This document shows positions 1 to 15,867 of a stretch of DNA of 64,000 bases, piece by piece; position 1 is the first letter of the stretch, and each line of letters starts with the position of its first letter. Source of the DNA: the human T2T-CHM13v2.0 reference genome, Homo sapiens; the NCBI GenBank assembly GCA_009914755.4, contig CP068257.2, forward strand, positions 5,728,001 to 5,792,000, given 5' to 3'. The notes beneath the pieces are model-generated. The model was not told the DNA's origin, searched no databases, and saw only the letters and a program-made list of their open reading frames with translations. Both the position numbers and the translations under genes were made by a program.

Positions 1-191
1 GCCTCAGCATCCCGAGTAGCTGGGATTACAGGCATGCACCACCACGCCTGGCTAATTTTTTGTATTTTTAGTAGAGACGGGGTTTCTCCACGTTGGTCAG
101 ACTGGTGTCGAACTCCCGACCTCAGGTGATCTGCCCGCCTCTGCCTCCCAAAGTGCTAGGATTACAGGTGTGACAGCCACCGCACCCGGTC
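1..191 (-). mobile_element. Alu SINE, 5'-truncated by window edge
   Basis: Reverse-complement Alu body (GCCTCAGCCTCCCGAGTAGCTGGGATTACAGG ... CACCGCACCCGG) read directly. Confidence 0.9.
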
Positions 192-1044
192 TCCCTTCAA
201 TTCTATGAAGACTTAGAGAGGTGAGGCAGCTGCAGAAGAAAAGTCTGAAGCTAGAAGAGCTTGTTTCTTGAGGTTTAAGGAAAAAAGTCATCTCCATAAC
301 ATAAAAGCGCAAGATAAAGCAGCAAGTACTGATGGAAAAACTGCAGAAAGCTATCTAGAAGATAATTGATTAAGATGGCTACACTAAACAGATTTGCAAT
401 GGAGACAAAACAGACTTCTACTAGAAGGAGATGCCATCCAGGATGTTCCCAGCTAGAGAGGAGTTGATGCCTGGCTTTAAGGCTTCAAAGGACATGCTGA
501 CTCTTTTGTTAAGGCCTAATGCAATTGGTGATGTTAACTTGAAACCAATGATGATTTACTATTCTGAAAATCCAAGGGCCCTGAAGAATTATGATAAAAC
601 ACAGCTCTGCCTGTACTCTACAAATGGGAACAAAGCCTGGATGACAGACTATCGGTTTACAAATACGGTTTACTGAATATCTTAAGCCCACTGTCGACAA
701 CTACTGCTCAAGAAATAAGATTCCTTTCAAAGTATTACCGCTCAATGACAATGCCGCTGGTACTCAAGGGCTTTTACAGAGATGTATAAAGACCTGAATA
801 TTGTTTTCATGCCTACTAACCCAACATTCATTCTGGTGCCCTTGGATCAAAGAATAATTTCAACTTTCAAGTCTTATCACTTAAAAATATATTCATAAAG
901 CTATAGCTTCTTTAGAAAGTGATTCCTTTGATGGATCTGGGCAAAATAATTGAAAACCTACTGGAAAGGATTCACCATTCTAGATGTCATTGAGAACATT
1001 CATGATTTAAAAAAGATCAAAATAGCAACATTAGGAGAAGTTGG

Positions 1045-1355
<311 letters not shown>

Positions 1356-1914
1356 TTATTCCAAACCTCACAGATGACACAGGGGTTCACGACTTCTGTG
1401 GAGGAAGTAACTGCAGATATGGTGGAAATAACAAGAGCACTAGAATCAGAGAAAGAGCCTGAAGATCTGGCGAGACTGCAGCAGCCTCTGGAGAAAAAGT
1501 GAGAGGATGAGTTGCTCCCACGGATGAGCAAAGAGAGTGGTTTCTTGAGATGAAATCTACTCGTGGTGAAGACAGTGTAAACAATGTTGAGATGACAACA
1601 GATTTACAATAAACTTGGTACAGCAGAAGGAAGGCTTGACAGGATTGAACCCAATGATTTACAATAATACATAAACTTAGTTGGTACAGCCGTACGAAGG
1701 TTTGACAGCATTGCATCCAATTTTGAAAGTTCTACTGTGGGTAAAAAGCTATCATCGTATGCTACAGTTAATTCTTTTGTGAAAGGGAGAGTCAATTGAC
1801 ACAGCAAACTTCAACGTTGTCTTATTTTAAGAAATTGCCACAGCCACCCCAACGCTCAGCAACCACCACCTTACATTAACATAAGACCCTCCATCAGCAA
1901 GAAGACTGAAACTT

Positions 1915-2186
1915 GGCCAGGTGCAGTGGCTCACACCTGTCATCCCAACACCTTGGGAGGCCAAGGTGGGTGGATTGCTTGAGCCCAGGACGTCAAGGCA
2001 ACGTGGCAAAACCCCATCTCTACAACAAAAAAAAAAAATACAAAAATTAGCTGGACATGGTGGCATGTACCTGTAGTCCCAGCTAGTCAGGAGTCTGAGG
2101 TGGGGGTTTGATTGAGCATGAGGTTGAGGCTGCAATTACTCCAGCCTGAGCCACAGAGTAAAACCCTGTCACACACACAAAAAAAG
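1915..2186 (+). mobile_element. Alu SINE, older/diverged (AluJ-like)
   Basis: GGCCAGGTGCAGTGGCTCACACCTGTCATCCCAACACCTTGGGAGGCCAAGG head, dimeric structure, A-rich middle and tail. Confidence 0.9.
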
Positions 2187-2451
2187 ATTGCAGCTTTCTG
2201 AAGGCTCAGATGACTGTTAGCACTTGTTAACAATAAAGTATTTGTAAATTAAAGTGTGCATACTTTGTAGACATATGCTATTGCACACTTTATACAGCAC
2301 AGTATAAACATACTTTTACATGCACTGGGAAACAAAAAGAAATTGTATAACACTTTATTGCAGTGGTCTGGAACCAAACCCACATATATCTCTGATGCAC
2401 GGCCGTCCTGTATTGTACACTTAAAAAAATACTTAAGAGGGTATATTTTAG

Positions 2452-2758
<307 letters not shown>

Positions 2759-2883
2759 CTCATTTTTTAAAAAGGGTGAGAATGAGAAATATATGGGGGG
2801 TGATGGTCAAGTTTACGGTATTATTTGTTGTGATGAGTCCTGGGGCGAATATTTATCTCTATACTCATTAAGATGTATATATT

Positions 2884-3155
2884 CGGTGTCACATGCCTGT
2901 AATCCCAGCACTTTGGGAGGCCGAGGCAGGTGGATGATCTGAGGTCAGGCGTTCGAGACCAGCCTGGCCAACATGGTGAAACCCTGTCTCTACTAAAAAA
3001 ATACAAAAATTAGCCGGGCGTGGGGGTGCACGCCTGTGATCCCAGCTACTCAGGAGGCTGAGGCAGGAGAATTGCTTGAACCTGGGATGCAGAGGTTGCA
3101 GTTAGCTGAGATCATGTCACTGCACTCCAGACTGGGCAACAAGAGTAAAACCTCC
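2884..3155 (+). mobile_element. Alu SINE, slightly 5'-truncated
   Basis: GGTGTCACATGCCTGTAATCCCAGCACTTTGGGAGGCCGAGGCAGG...; TSD GTATATATT; followed by CA microsatellite. Confidence 0.9.

Positions 3156-3157
<2 letters not shown>

Positions 3158-3193
<36 letters not shown>
3158..3193. repeat. (CA)n microsatellite
   Basis: ACACACAC... run of ~18 units directly after the Alu tail. Confidence 0.95.
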
Positions 3194-3194
<1 letters not shown>

Positions 3195-3216
3195 GGTATA
3201 TATTAAATATGTGTAA

Positions 3217-3858
<642 letters not shown>

Positions 3859-3988
3859 TAAAATTTAATAAAAAACAGGTATTTGCAAGTTTCCGTTTTG
3901 TTATATGCTTATTATTCTTTATATTTATGTCAGGTTGCTGTGTCAATACACTTAGGAGATCATAGTTTCTAAATTGAAATACAAATAA

Positions 3989-4333
<345 letters not shown>

Positions 4334-4520
4334 TAAAATTTACATTTCTGAGTTAAGAATGCTTAAAATGTTATAAAAACAGAAGCACAATTCATTATGT
4401 GTTTCATTAATTACCTTTATTAAAAACAACACAATTATATTACAATAGGACAAAAAATGTTTAAGCAAATGAAAACGAAACCATGACATACCCAAACTCA
4501 GGAGGAGGCAACAAAGGCAG

Positions 4521-4760
4521 TGCTAAAGGGAAGCTTACAGCTCCAGATGCTTAAATTAAAAAGAAGATCTCAAACCCATGCTAAAGGGAAGCTTACAGCT
4601 ACAGATCCTTAAATTAAAAAGAAGAAAGATCTCAAACCCATGCTAAAGGGAAGCTTACAGCTGCAGATGCTTAAATTAAAAAGAAGAAAGATCTGAAACC
4701 CTTGCTAAAGGGAAGCTTATAGCTGCAGGTGCTTAAATTAAAAAGAAGAAAGATCTCAAA
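4521..4760. repeat. Minisatellite, ~62-bp unit x 4 (TGCTAAAGGGAAGCTTACAGCTGCAGATGCTTAAATTAAAAAGAAGAAAGATCTCAAACCCA)
   Basis: Four near-identical tandem copies read directly; lies at the 5' edge of an L1 ORF2 fragment. Confidence 0.9.
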
Positions 4761-5780
4761 TCAATAACCTAACATTACACCTGAAGGGGGGAAAAAAAAA
4801 CTAATGACAAACCAAGCAAAAGGAAGAAAATAACAGATTAGAGCAGAGATAAGCAGAATAAGACCAGAAAAAAGGAAAAAAACAGAGTTTGTTTTTTTAA
4901 AGATCAATAAAAATTTTAAAACTCACAGCTATATTAAGAAAAAAGAGAAATCTCAAATACTAAAATCATAAATAAAAGAGGTGACAGTACAACAGATTCC
5001 ACAGAAATGAAAAAGATTACAAGAGACTAATGTGAGCAACCATATGCCACAAAACTGGGCAACCTAGAATAAATTTATAAATTCCTAGAAACACAAACCA
5101 CCATACTGCATCATGGAGAAATAAAAAATCCAAAGAGACCTGTAACTAGTAAGAAGATTCAACCAGTAATCAAAAACCCCACCAAAAAGAAAATTCCAGG
5201 TCCAGATAACTTCACTGGAAAATTTTACCAAATATTTCAAGAAGAATTAATGCCAATCCTCTGCAAAATATTCCAAAAATGTTCAAAAACCAGAAGGGGA
5301 CATTCCAATCCATTTATCAGGTCAACGTTTATCTGGTTCCAGAGCCAGATGAACACCTTTTGTAATAAAAACACTCAAAGAATTAGTAATATATGGAAAC
5401 TCCTCGGTAAATAAAGATTATACATGAAAAGCTCACAGCTAACATCATACTCAATGGTGAAAGACTAAAATCTTTTCCTCTAGGATCAGGAATAAGATAG
5501 CAACATCTCTTCCTGCCACTTCTATTCATCACAGTACTGGAATTTCTACTCAGAATAATTAGTCAAGAGAAAGTAATAAAAAGGATGCAAATTGGAAAGG
5601 AAAAAGTACAAAATTTTGTTCACAGACAACAGGATGTAATGGGTAAAAATCCTGAAATTCCCAAAATACTGGTAAAATAATGAAATTCAACAAAGTTTCA
5701 GGATACAGTAACACACACAAGTCAGTTGCATTTCCATAAACTAACAATGAACAATCTGCAAATAAAATTTTAAAAAGAGA

Positions 5781-6546
<766 letters not shown>

Positions 6547-8474
6547 CTACAAAACACTGTTGAAAGAAATTAAACACAAATAAATGAAAAGAAAAGCTGG
6601 GTTTGCAGATTAGATGATTTCATCTTGGAATGATGTCAACACTACTCGAAGTGACCTAGATTCAATACAATCCTTATAAAGATTCCAATGACATTTTTGA
6701 TAAACAGAAAATCCTATCCTAAAATTCATATGGAATCTCCAGGGCCCATGAATAGGCAAATCAATCTTGAAGCAGAACAAAATTAAAGGTCTCAAAACAA
6801 TTACAAAACTGCAATAAGCCAAAAAAAAATGTGGTCATGGCGTAAAGACATACTTGACACACTTATGGACCAACACAACAGAGACCTCAGAAACCAACCC
6901 TGGCATATATGGTCTGATGATCTTCCACAAGGATGCCAAGACCACTCAATGGCGAAGGACAGTTTCTTCAACAAATGGTGTTGGGAAAATTGTATATCTA
7001 CATGCAAAACAATGAAGTTGGACTCTTACCTTACACCACGTTAAAATTAATTCAAAGTGAATTATAAACCTAAATGTAAAACTAGAACTATCAAACTCCT
7101 AGGGAAAACAAATTTGGAAAATGCTTTATGATGATGAATTTGTCAATAATTTTTAGGATATGACATTAAAAGCTCAGGCAGTAAAAGCAAAAATATATCA
7201 AACCTAAAAACTTCTGTACCACAAAGGTCACAACCAACAGGGTAAAAGGCAAACTGTAGAATAAAAGAAAATACCAGTTGAGTGTCCCTTATTTGAAATG
7301 CTTGGGATGTGTTTCAGATTTTGTAATATTTGCATTATTCTTACTGGTTGAGCATCTCGAATTCAAACACCTGAGTCTGCGATGCTCCAATAAGCATTTC
7401 CTTTGAGTGTCATGTTGGCACTCAAAAAGTTTCAGACTTTGGAGCATTTGGGATTTCAGATGTTTGGATCAGAGACATTCAACCTATAGTTGCACATCAT
7501 GTATCTCATAAGAAGTGAACATTCAGAATACGTAAAGTACTCCTACGGAGAGACTACCAGAAGCAGAGAGGAGCAGACACATTTTCACACTAGGGCACCT
7601 CCTATCTCTCCCGGATTCCAATTAGGGCAGAGTAAGTGCTAGTTCTCTGCCAACCCAGGATTAGGCCCTACAGCTGCAGTGAAAATAATCACAGAAGAAA
7701 ACTAAGAAATAAAAAAATGGAGAAAGTGAGACATCAAACTAAAATTACTAGAAACCCCAAGGAAGAAGGAAAAAGAAACGAAGAAAACAGAAAAACAATT
7801 AAACCAGTTAATTAAACCTTGGCATGACCAGAAGATCAGAGTTTCCTAAAGGAGTGGAAATTTATTGATTTGAAGAGGATTTATTGATTACTGATTTGAA
7901 GAGGAAGAAAAATCATGAATGGTCTAAAGCAAAAGCCTAGTGTCTGAAGAAGTCAGTAGGGTGAAAACAAGAGTTGGCCAGAATGTCCACAGATGGTGAC
8001 AAGTTGGCAAAGCCTTTACTAGACTACTCGTGAGGCTAACTAGAGTCCAAGGAGCCGACACTGCCCCTGTCCTTACAGAGAGACCCTACACAGGATTCCC
8101 AGATATACATGGAAGGACAACATCTTATCAGGTCCTCTCTGTGCAGATGTGGTTATCATTCCAAATAATGAGCTCCAGCCCCAAGACTGTTCCATCCTCA
8201 ATTGCTTTGAGTGGGCAATGTAGGCTCTCCACACACGACCTACATGTAGGTTCCTTGGGTACCCAGATGGGAGCCATGAAACACAAACCCTCCATGGTCA
8301 GGTCTGTATTTGTTTCCTGCCTTTTTCCCAGCAATCCCCAGGCCCCAGCAGCGGTAGTCTACCTCTGCTGATTCTCATTCAGAATCTAAACTTAGAAACA
8401 ATTAGAACCTAGACCCCAATTCTACCTGAAAGTAACAGAATAACATAATCTATACCCTGCAGCATGACTGTTTG

Positions 8475-8570
8475 CCCAACGTAATGAGGATGAACTGAGA
8501 GATAATGAATGATCATGACCCTGGCCCAAGTAATGAGAATGAACTGTGAGATAAATGAATGATCATGACA
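8475..8570. repeat. Tandem duplication, 2 x ~48 bp
   Basis: GCCCAACGTAATGAGGATGAACTGAGAGATAATGAATGATCATGAC / GCCCAAGTAATGAGAATGAACTGTGAGATAAATGAATGATCATGAC. Confidence 0.85.
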
Positions 8571-8589
8571 AAAAACCCCGCTACAACCC

Positions 8590-9450
8590 AACAACAAAAT
8601 AAAGTGATTAAAAAATGGACAAACAACATTTATCCAAAGATGCAAAGATGATATACAAATAGCCAACAGATACATGAGATATATGAGAAGATGTGTAACA
8701 TCACTAGTCATTAGAGAAATGCAAAAAGAAACCACAATGGGACATCACTTCAAACCCAATAGAAAGTAACAAGCGCAGGTGAAACTGAAACCCTTGAACA
8801 CTGTTGGTGGAAATATGAACTGGCTCCTCAAAAAAAAATAAAATAAAATGACCATATGATCCAGCCATCCAACTACTACAGAGACAGAATAACTAGTAGC
8901 AGGACCTCAAACAGATATGTGCACACCTAAGTTCACAGCAGCATTACACAGCCACAAGGTGGAAGAAACAAAAACGTCCGTCCAGGAATAGGTGGATAAA
9001 CAAAAGCATATATATATATGATATATATTATATATATATATAATATATAATATATATAATATATATAATGTATGTATATAATATATATGTAATATATATA
9101 TAATATATATATGAAGAAATATTATTCAGCCATAAAAAGGAAGAAAATCGTGACACATCTGACACATAACATGGAACCTACTTACAAAACAACAAATATT
9201 ATATAACCCTAGGTATATAAGCCAAATTTTTAGAAACACAAAGTAGAATAGTACTTGCCAGGAGGTGGAAGGAGGGGGAAATTAATAGTTGTTGAATGGG
9301 TATAGAGATTTCCAAGATAAAAAAAAAATCTAGAAATCTGCTACACAACACCGTAAATATTCTTAACTCTACAAAACTGTATACTTACAACTAGTTACGA
9401 CGGTAAATTTTAAGGTATGTGTTTGTTACCAAAATTCTAAATAATAAATT
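8590..9450 (+). mobile_element. L1 LINE 3' end (ORF2 C-terminus + 3'UTR) containing a (TA)n microsatellite
   Basis: Translation matches L1 ORF2 C-terminus (…[18 protein letters not shown]…, LEHCWW…); (TA)n at ~9005-9110. Confidence 0.75.
9005..9110. repeat. (TA)n / (TATATAA)n AT-rich microsatellite
   Basis: ATATATATATGATATATATTATATATATATATAATATATAATATATATAA... Confidence 0.9.
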
Positions 9451-9458
9451 ATTTATAA

Positions 9459-9759
<301 letters not shown>

Positions 9760-9869
9760 ATAAAAAAATATTTCAAAAAGCCAAAATATTAATCAAACTG
9801 GAATATTTAGAAATATTTAACCCAAAAGAAGTTAGGAAAGAATATATAGAAGATCAAAACACAGACGAA

Positions 9870-10160
9870 GGCCAGACATGGTTGCTCATGCCTGTAATCC
9901 GAACACTTTGGGAGGCCAAGGTGGGTAGATTGCTTGAGCTCAGGAGTTCAAGACCAGCCTGTGCAACATGGCAAAACCCTATCTCTACAAAAAATATAAA
10001 AATTAGCCAGGTGTGTTTCCATGCGCCTGTAGTCCCAGCTACTCAGTGGGCTCCAGTGAGGATTGGTTGGGCCTGGGAAGCAGAGGTTGAAGTAAGCCAA
10101 CATTGCACCATTGCACTACAGTCTGGGTGACAGAGCAAGACCCTGTCTTAAAAAAAAAAC
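9870..10160 (+). mobile_element. Alu SINE (diverged, AluJ-like)
   Basis: GGCCAGACATGGTTGCTCATGCCTGTAATCCGAACACTTTGGGAGGCCAAGGTGGG ... poly-A. Confidence 0.9.
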
Positions 10161-10990
10161 AAACAAATAGAAAATAAGTAGAAAAATGGCAGACCTAAAT
10201 CCAACCTTAGCAATGATTAGTTACAATGTAACTGGACAAATACTCTACTTAAGACAGAGACTGCCAGACCTGAGAGGAAAGCAAGACCCAACAATATGGC
10301 ATCCACAGAGACACAATTTAAATACAAAGACACAAAGTATGAGAAAAAATATGCTATGCAGACACTAATCATAAAAATATGCTATCCAGACACTAATCAT
10401 AAAAAGCTTCAATGGAGATGTTAACACTAGATGAAAGAGGCTCCAGAAAAAAATATATCACCAGAAATAAACAAGGTAATTTCATAAAAATAAAAGAATC
10501 AGAGAGGATGATGTTACAATTATAAATTGTGCCTCAAAGTGCAAACAAAGTACACACACACACAGAGCCTCAAATTATGTGAATCAAAAACAACAGAACA
10601 AAAGCAGGAAATTGACAATCCAAAATTATAACTGGTGAATTAATACTGCTCTCTCAGTAACTGATGGAACAACCAGATAAAAATATAGGAAAAATACGGA
10701 TCTAAATGACAAAATCCTGACCCAAATGGTACTTGGCAGTACCAAGATAGACTGTCGATCAATTGAGAAAATGTTCAAGCATGAAATAGTATACAAAGTA
10801 TGTTGTCTGAACACCTGAAATTAAATTAGAAACCAACAACAAATTGATATCCAGAAAAGCCTCAAATGTCTGAAAACCAAGTAATAAACTTTGAAATACC
10901 CTGTAAGTCAAAAAAGTATTCACAAGGGGAACTGGAATGTATTTGGAACAAACTTGTTATAAAAATCATATTTCTGGTAGACTAAAGGTG
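10160..10990 (+). mobile_element. Old L1 LINE fragment, ORF2 5' (endonuclease) region
   Basis: ORF 10186-10368 (MADLNPTLAMISYNVTGQILYLRQRLPDLRGKQDPTIWHPQRH…) resembles L1 ORF2 N-terminus (MTGSNSHITILTLNINGLNSAIKRHRLASWIKSQDPSVCCIQETH). Confidence 0.6.
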
Positions 10991-13110
10991 ACAACTTCTT
11001 TCCTGCTCCTCTCTCTGTGAGAACCAATTCCCCTTAAACCTTGCCCAGACTACTGACTTGCTTGGCCAACAGAAGGTGACAAAGGTGGTATTTGGGGACT
11101 TCAGAAGCCAGGCTGAGAAAACAGAACACTTATCCAGGAGAAAGCCAGTCACCAGGCAGGAAATCCCACTCCCCTGAGACCCCATGATGGAAACCACACG
11201 GCCAGTCCATGACTAGCTACATGCATTGACATCCCCCATTGACCCTCTAGCAACACCGACTCCCAACCACTAGTGAGCCTTCAGCAACATCCACTCCCAA
11301 CCACTAGTGAGCCACCCTGCACACCACCCCGCTGTGCTTTCACACAATCCAGCTTGGCTGCAACTGTGTGTGAGATGAGCTGGTCACCAAGACTCTCTAA
11401 GCCAAAAAACAAGTAATAATGAGTTGTTTTAAGCTGCCAAGTTTTGGGGATGGTTTCTTCAGAATAGATAACTGGAACAGAATATTGTAGCTGGAAATGA
11501 GCCGCTGTGGTAATCAGAAGCTACAATATGTGCCACGACTGTGAGGCTGACCTGTAACTGGGCCTCAAGGAGACCATTCATGCAACCTGGAAGGGCATCA
11601 AGACTCTTGGTCAGGGCCTGAAAGACGGTGAGAAAATGTCATTGGAAACTGGGGAAAAGGCCTGAGAGTTATGTGCTGAGGGACTGTGAGAAAACTATGG
11701 CCACAACATGGAAACTGAAAGGGCACTGCACCATCTCAGGGATCTGCCTAAGGAGACATCTGGGAAGAACATGGAAAGTGCTATCAGCCTCCCCTAACTG
11801 TCACTGAATAAACATGACAGGAGAGGGACATGATCTAAAGAAGGAAGTTCAGTTTTCCAACAAAATTTAGAGAAAATATAAAGAAATAATTTCTTGTCTC
11901 AAAAGGCCAAAGAAAAAAAAAAAGAAAAGAAAAAAAAATTATAAAGAAGCCATTGAATACCCTATTGACCATAAGAAAAAGGCAGAGAAAGTTGGTCAAC
12001 GGCAACCCAGGCACTGAAGGAAAAAGAACATGGAGAATGACAAAAGCCCAGAGGGAGGAGTAAAAGGACACAAACGCCGTTCTCAGGGACAAGGACTGGG
12101 CGCCGTTCTCAGGGACCTGGACTGGGCACTAATCACAGAACTGTAACAGGCGCCCCATGGGAATGACCAACTGTTAGACGGGGCCTGCAGGGCAGCACCT
12201 CCCTCCTGCCTCCCACCAACAGCTTCTAAAGGGAAATGCCGACTGTTTTCACACCAGTCCCCTCACTGCGGCTGAGTGTGTGGGCACAGATGATAGGTCA
12301 CAACAACCTGATTCAGTCCTCACTGTGGCTGAGTGCGTCAGGGGCAGACGACAGGCCACCACAACCTGATTCAGTCCTCACTGTGGCTGTGTGTGGGGGG
12401 GCAGATGACAGGCCACCACAACTTGATTCAGTACTCACTGCGGCTGAGTGTGTGTGGGTGCAGGTGACAGGCCACCACAACCTGATTCAGGATTCAGTTG
12501 GGCTACCAGCCAGTGCCATAAGGAAAACCATTCTGGGACTCTTGAGAGGGGCAAAGCATAATTTGCATGTGGGAGAAACGTTAGTAGTTTGTGGCCAGAG
12601 GACAAACTGTGGTTTATTAAAGACTGCTGCAGGTTCCTACTATGCTTCTCATCAAGAGGTGGAATCTAATCACCTTCCCCCCTTGAATCATGGCTGGTCT
12701 CAGTGATGAGTACGACTGGACAGTGTGGCAGGAGAGATGCTCTGGGACTTCTGAGGGATGATCATGAGAGACCTTACAGCTTCTGCCTGGGCCTCTTGGA
12801 CACATACACTGGGAGAAGCCAGACAAACCTGACTACCTGACACTGCCAGACTGGGAGGAAGTCCGTGCTGGCCACAAAGAGAGGGCTTGGTGCCTGCTCC
12901 ATGTCCCCAGCCACTAGAGTCCTTCTGGTGCCTGCTTCACGTCCCCAGCCACTAGAGTCCTTCCAGATGAGACCAGGGACATCATGAAGCAGCCAACCCA
13001 CATTGCCCTGTCCAGTGTCTTGACCCAGAAAATTGTGACATGTGAAAAGAATAAATTCCTGGTTTAAGCCAGTAAGGTTACTGGTACATTGTTACATTGC
13101 AGATAATTAA
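10990..13110 (+). mobile_element. ERVL-MaLR-like element: two MaLR-type LTRs (~10990-11520 and ~12500-13110) flanking a ~1 kb non-coding interior
   Basis: Both LTR-like segments share MaLR/THE1-MST-MLT architecture (…GGAATCTAATCACC..CCCTTGAATCATGG…; tandemly duplicated CCAGCCACTAGAGTCC / CCAACCACTAGTGAGCC motif; 3' ends …AAGCCAGTAAGGTTACTGGTACATTGTTACATTGCAGATA and …AAGCTGCCAAGTTTTGGGGATGGTTTCTTCAGAATAGATAACTGG); boundaries uncertain. Confidence 0.45.
12261..12490. repeat. Minisatellite, ~58-62 bp unit x 4 (CCTCACTGCGGCTGAGTGTGTGGGCACAGATGACAGGCCACCACAACCTGATTCAGT)
   Basis: Four tandem copies read directly; creates the spurious 156-aa ORF 12236-12706. Confidence 0.9.
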
Positions 13111-13741
13111 AACCTTGAAAAACTCATGAGAGATCCCAAGTAAAACCTTGATCTGAAACATGGCATGTGGCGATTTATATTGAGTATTAGGTTAAAAATG
13201 CAAGATTGGAGAATAGTTAATATTTTACGTGAAAGCTAAAACTATAATTGCCCACTTAAAATTTTCAGTTAATTAGGTTGTCACTTTTTGTTTTTAACCA
13301 AGAAATCAACTAGTTTTAGTCCATAAACAGTTGGAACTGATGCACACATCCGTTTTTCCTTACTCATTTTAAGCAGCTATCTGAAATAGGAAGTGTAATA
13401 TAATCTTTAAAGAATCTGAAAATATGACAGAAATGTTTAAACTATAAACATATATTGTAAATGTTAGCATATTATATACATTGCATATTAACATAAGCTA
13501 AAATCATTGATATAAACTTATATAAACAAAAGGTAGAAAATATGACAATGTTCTTCTTGTTTTTTGTCTTTGCATATTTCTTTATTGGCCCTTGTCAAAC
13601 GTGACCCACTAAGTCCTGAATGCTTTCTCTCTCCCCATGGATTCCTAAGGATGTCACCACAGTGCTGGCCAGATGCACAGATCACAGGTGACTGAACCTC
13701 ATCACCCCATGAACACACCCTTCAGGTTTTGCCAAGAATGA

Positions 13742-14130
<389 letters not shown>

Positions 14131-14536
14131 AAAATAAAAGAACAAGGAAACAAAAGCAACAAGGCTTGACACCAGATGAGCCTGAATCTAAGCAAGAAAA
14201 GCCCAGAAGAAATCCCATTTTGGGTCACTGGCTGCATGGTAGTAATGCCATACACATAAGGAAGAGAAGAGGATGTGGCTTTCACTTCGAATTTTTTGAG
14301 CTTAAGGTAAATTTGGATAGCTACAAAGAAGCATTCAACAGAGAGTTAAACCTATGATGGAAAGACTGAAGAGGTCCAAGCTGTAGAGAAACAGGACTGC
14401 AAACCACAAAGGGCTGAATCAGTCAAGGAGAACTGCAGGGCAAGATGAACAGGGACCAATGGAACATTTGGATAAGCTGTTGAGAAGAAAGGAGAATTCA
14501 GAGAAAAAGAACTGTCAGTGAGGTCATAATAGGAAC

Positions 14537-15013
14537 TGTTACAGTGAACTAAATATGGCCTGGGAAGGACTCTGTACTTCTAGATTTGAGTCCCTGTGGA
14601 CAAACTGCAACCTAACTTAATAGGTAGAAAGACTGAAAACGTAACTTAGGAGTATGTGCCTAAAACAGTAGCTGAGTCCTGGCCAATCCCAACAGCCAAA
14701 CTTCTGCCACTCACACACTGCTGAGTGTTCAGCTGTGTTCAAATAAGGCAAATGCTGAGCACTGTAACCAGTCCAGTTGTTTCTGGACCTCACTGCTGAG
14801 AACTGTAATGGACCCAGTTGCTTCTAGACCTCACTCCTCACTTCAGATTTTTGTACATCATGTTCCCTTTATTGTCTATAAATCTTCCACCATGTGTCTG
14901 TGCTGGAGTCTCACTGAATCTGCTGTGATTCTGGGGGCTGCCTGATTCGTGAATCATTCATTGCTCAATTAAGCTCCTTTAAATTTAATTCAGCTGAAGA
15001 TTTTCTTTTAATA
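14537..15013 (+). repeat. 5' LTR of the ERV-L-like element (contains an internal ~38-bp tandem duplication relative to the 3' LTR)
   Basis: Aligns to 21750-22148: TGTTA(C/A)AGTGAACTAA(A/G)TATG…GAGTC(C/T)CTGTGG…CTGCTGTGATTCTGGGG…ATTGCTCAATTAA(G/A)CTCCTTTAAA…TTTTCTTTTAA(T/C)A. Confidence 0.8.
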
Positions 15014-15015
15014 GA

Positions 15016-15033
15016 TGGTGTCAGAAGTGGGAT
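15016..15033 (+). other. Primer-binding site complementary to 3' end of tRNA-Leu (17/18 match to TGGTGTCAGGAGTGGGAT)
   Basis: TGGTGTCAGAAGTGGGAT located 2 nt downstream of the 5' LTR end. Confidence 0.7.
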
Positions 15034-15867
15034 CCGTGGGAGCAGGACTGCTAGGGCCTCTGGAGCTATACTGTGGTGAGCAGTGTTGCTAAGACTTCTA
15101 ATGACCCCCAGAGTGCTGAGGTACAAGGAAGGAACCTGAAAGGACCCATTTGTGATGGCAGCAGTGGCCCACGTGGAGCAGTTGCTATGGAGACACTGGC
15201 TGCAGTGGGGAGGAGTGGCTGGGGCTGTGCACTCCTCAAAGCTGGTGGGAGCCAGGAATGGGTGGGAGACCTGCCCCTTCTAAATTATCAGGCAGGAGCC
15301 CCACCCTCCCAGGCACAGCTGCAGCCATCCAGCCATGACTGCAAACCCGGGCATCTCTGCACTCTCAGAGGCCCAGCAAGCCCCCCTGCCCCGCAGGCTC
15401 AGTTGTACCTGGTCCTGCCACCTGGCGTCTCTCTGCTTCCAGAGCCCACTCCAAATTCAGATCCAAGTTGAGGCCAAACCTGGGCACAGTCACAACCTGG
15501 CCTGGTTTGCGCAAGCTCAGGGCAGTGCTGACATGCCAGCCCCCTGCCACCTCGGCCCCCTCCAGAATTTGGGCACTGGCAAGCACAGGAGGGAGGCTGA
15601 GGTGGGGCTAAGAGTGGCTCAGCAGTGGCCGGAAGGCCCTCCTCAGCTCGAACGCCTGGGCACTATGGGCACAGCTACCCACCGTGCGTCTCCTCTCAGC
15701 TGCTGAGAGCTGAACAGACGTTGGGATGACCTGCCTGCAGAAAGGAGCTACCCACTGCAGGTCTCCTCTGAGCCGTACTGTGGCTCAATAAAGCACCTCT
15801 TCACCTTGCTCACCTTCTACTTGTCCACATACCTCATTTTTCCTGGACTCAGGACAAGAACTCGGGA

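Noticed and set aside
4521-4760. Repeat-spacer-like tandem arrays at 4521-4760, 12261-12490, 20726-21008 and 23135-23347 as possible CRISPR arrays
   Set aside because: The units are 37-62 bp direct tandem copies with no unique intervening spacers, and they sit in a eukaryotic retrotransposon-rich context. They are minisatellites, not CRISPR.
12236-12706. 156-aa ORF
   Set aside because: It spans the 58-bp x 4 minisatellite, and the repetitive translation (DDRPPQ…DSVLT…) is a tandem-repeat artefact.
15016-15033. tRNA-Leu and tRNA-Lys-like 18-mers (15016-15033 and 52303-52320) as tRNA genes
   Set aside because: Only the 3'-terminal 18 nt complement is present, located immediately after an LTR. 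They are retroviral primer-binding sites, not tRNA genes, and there are no cloverleaf or A/B-box sequences.
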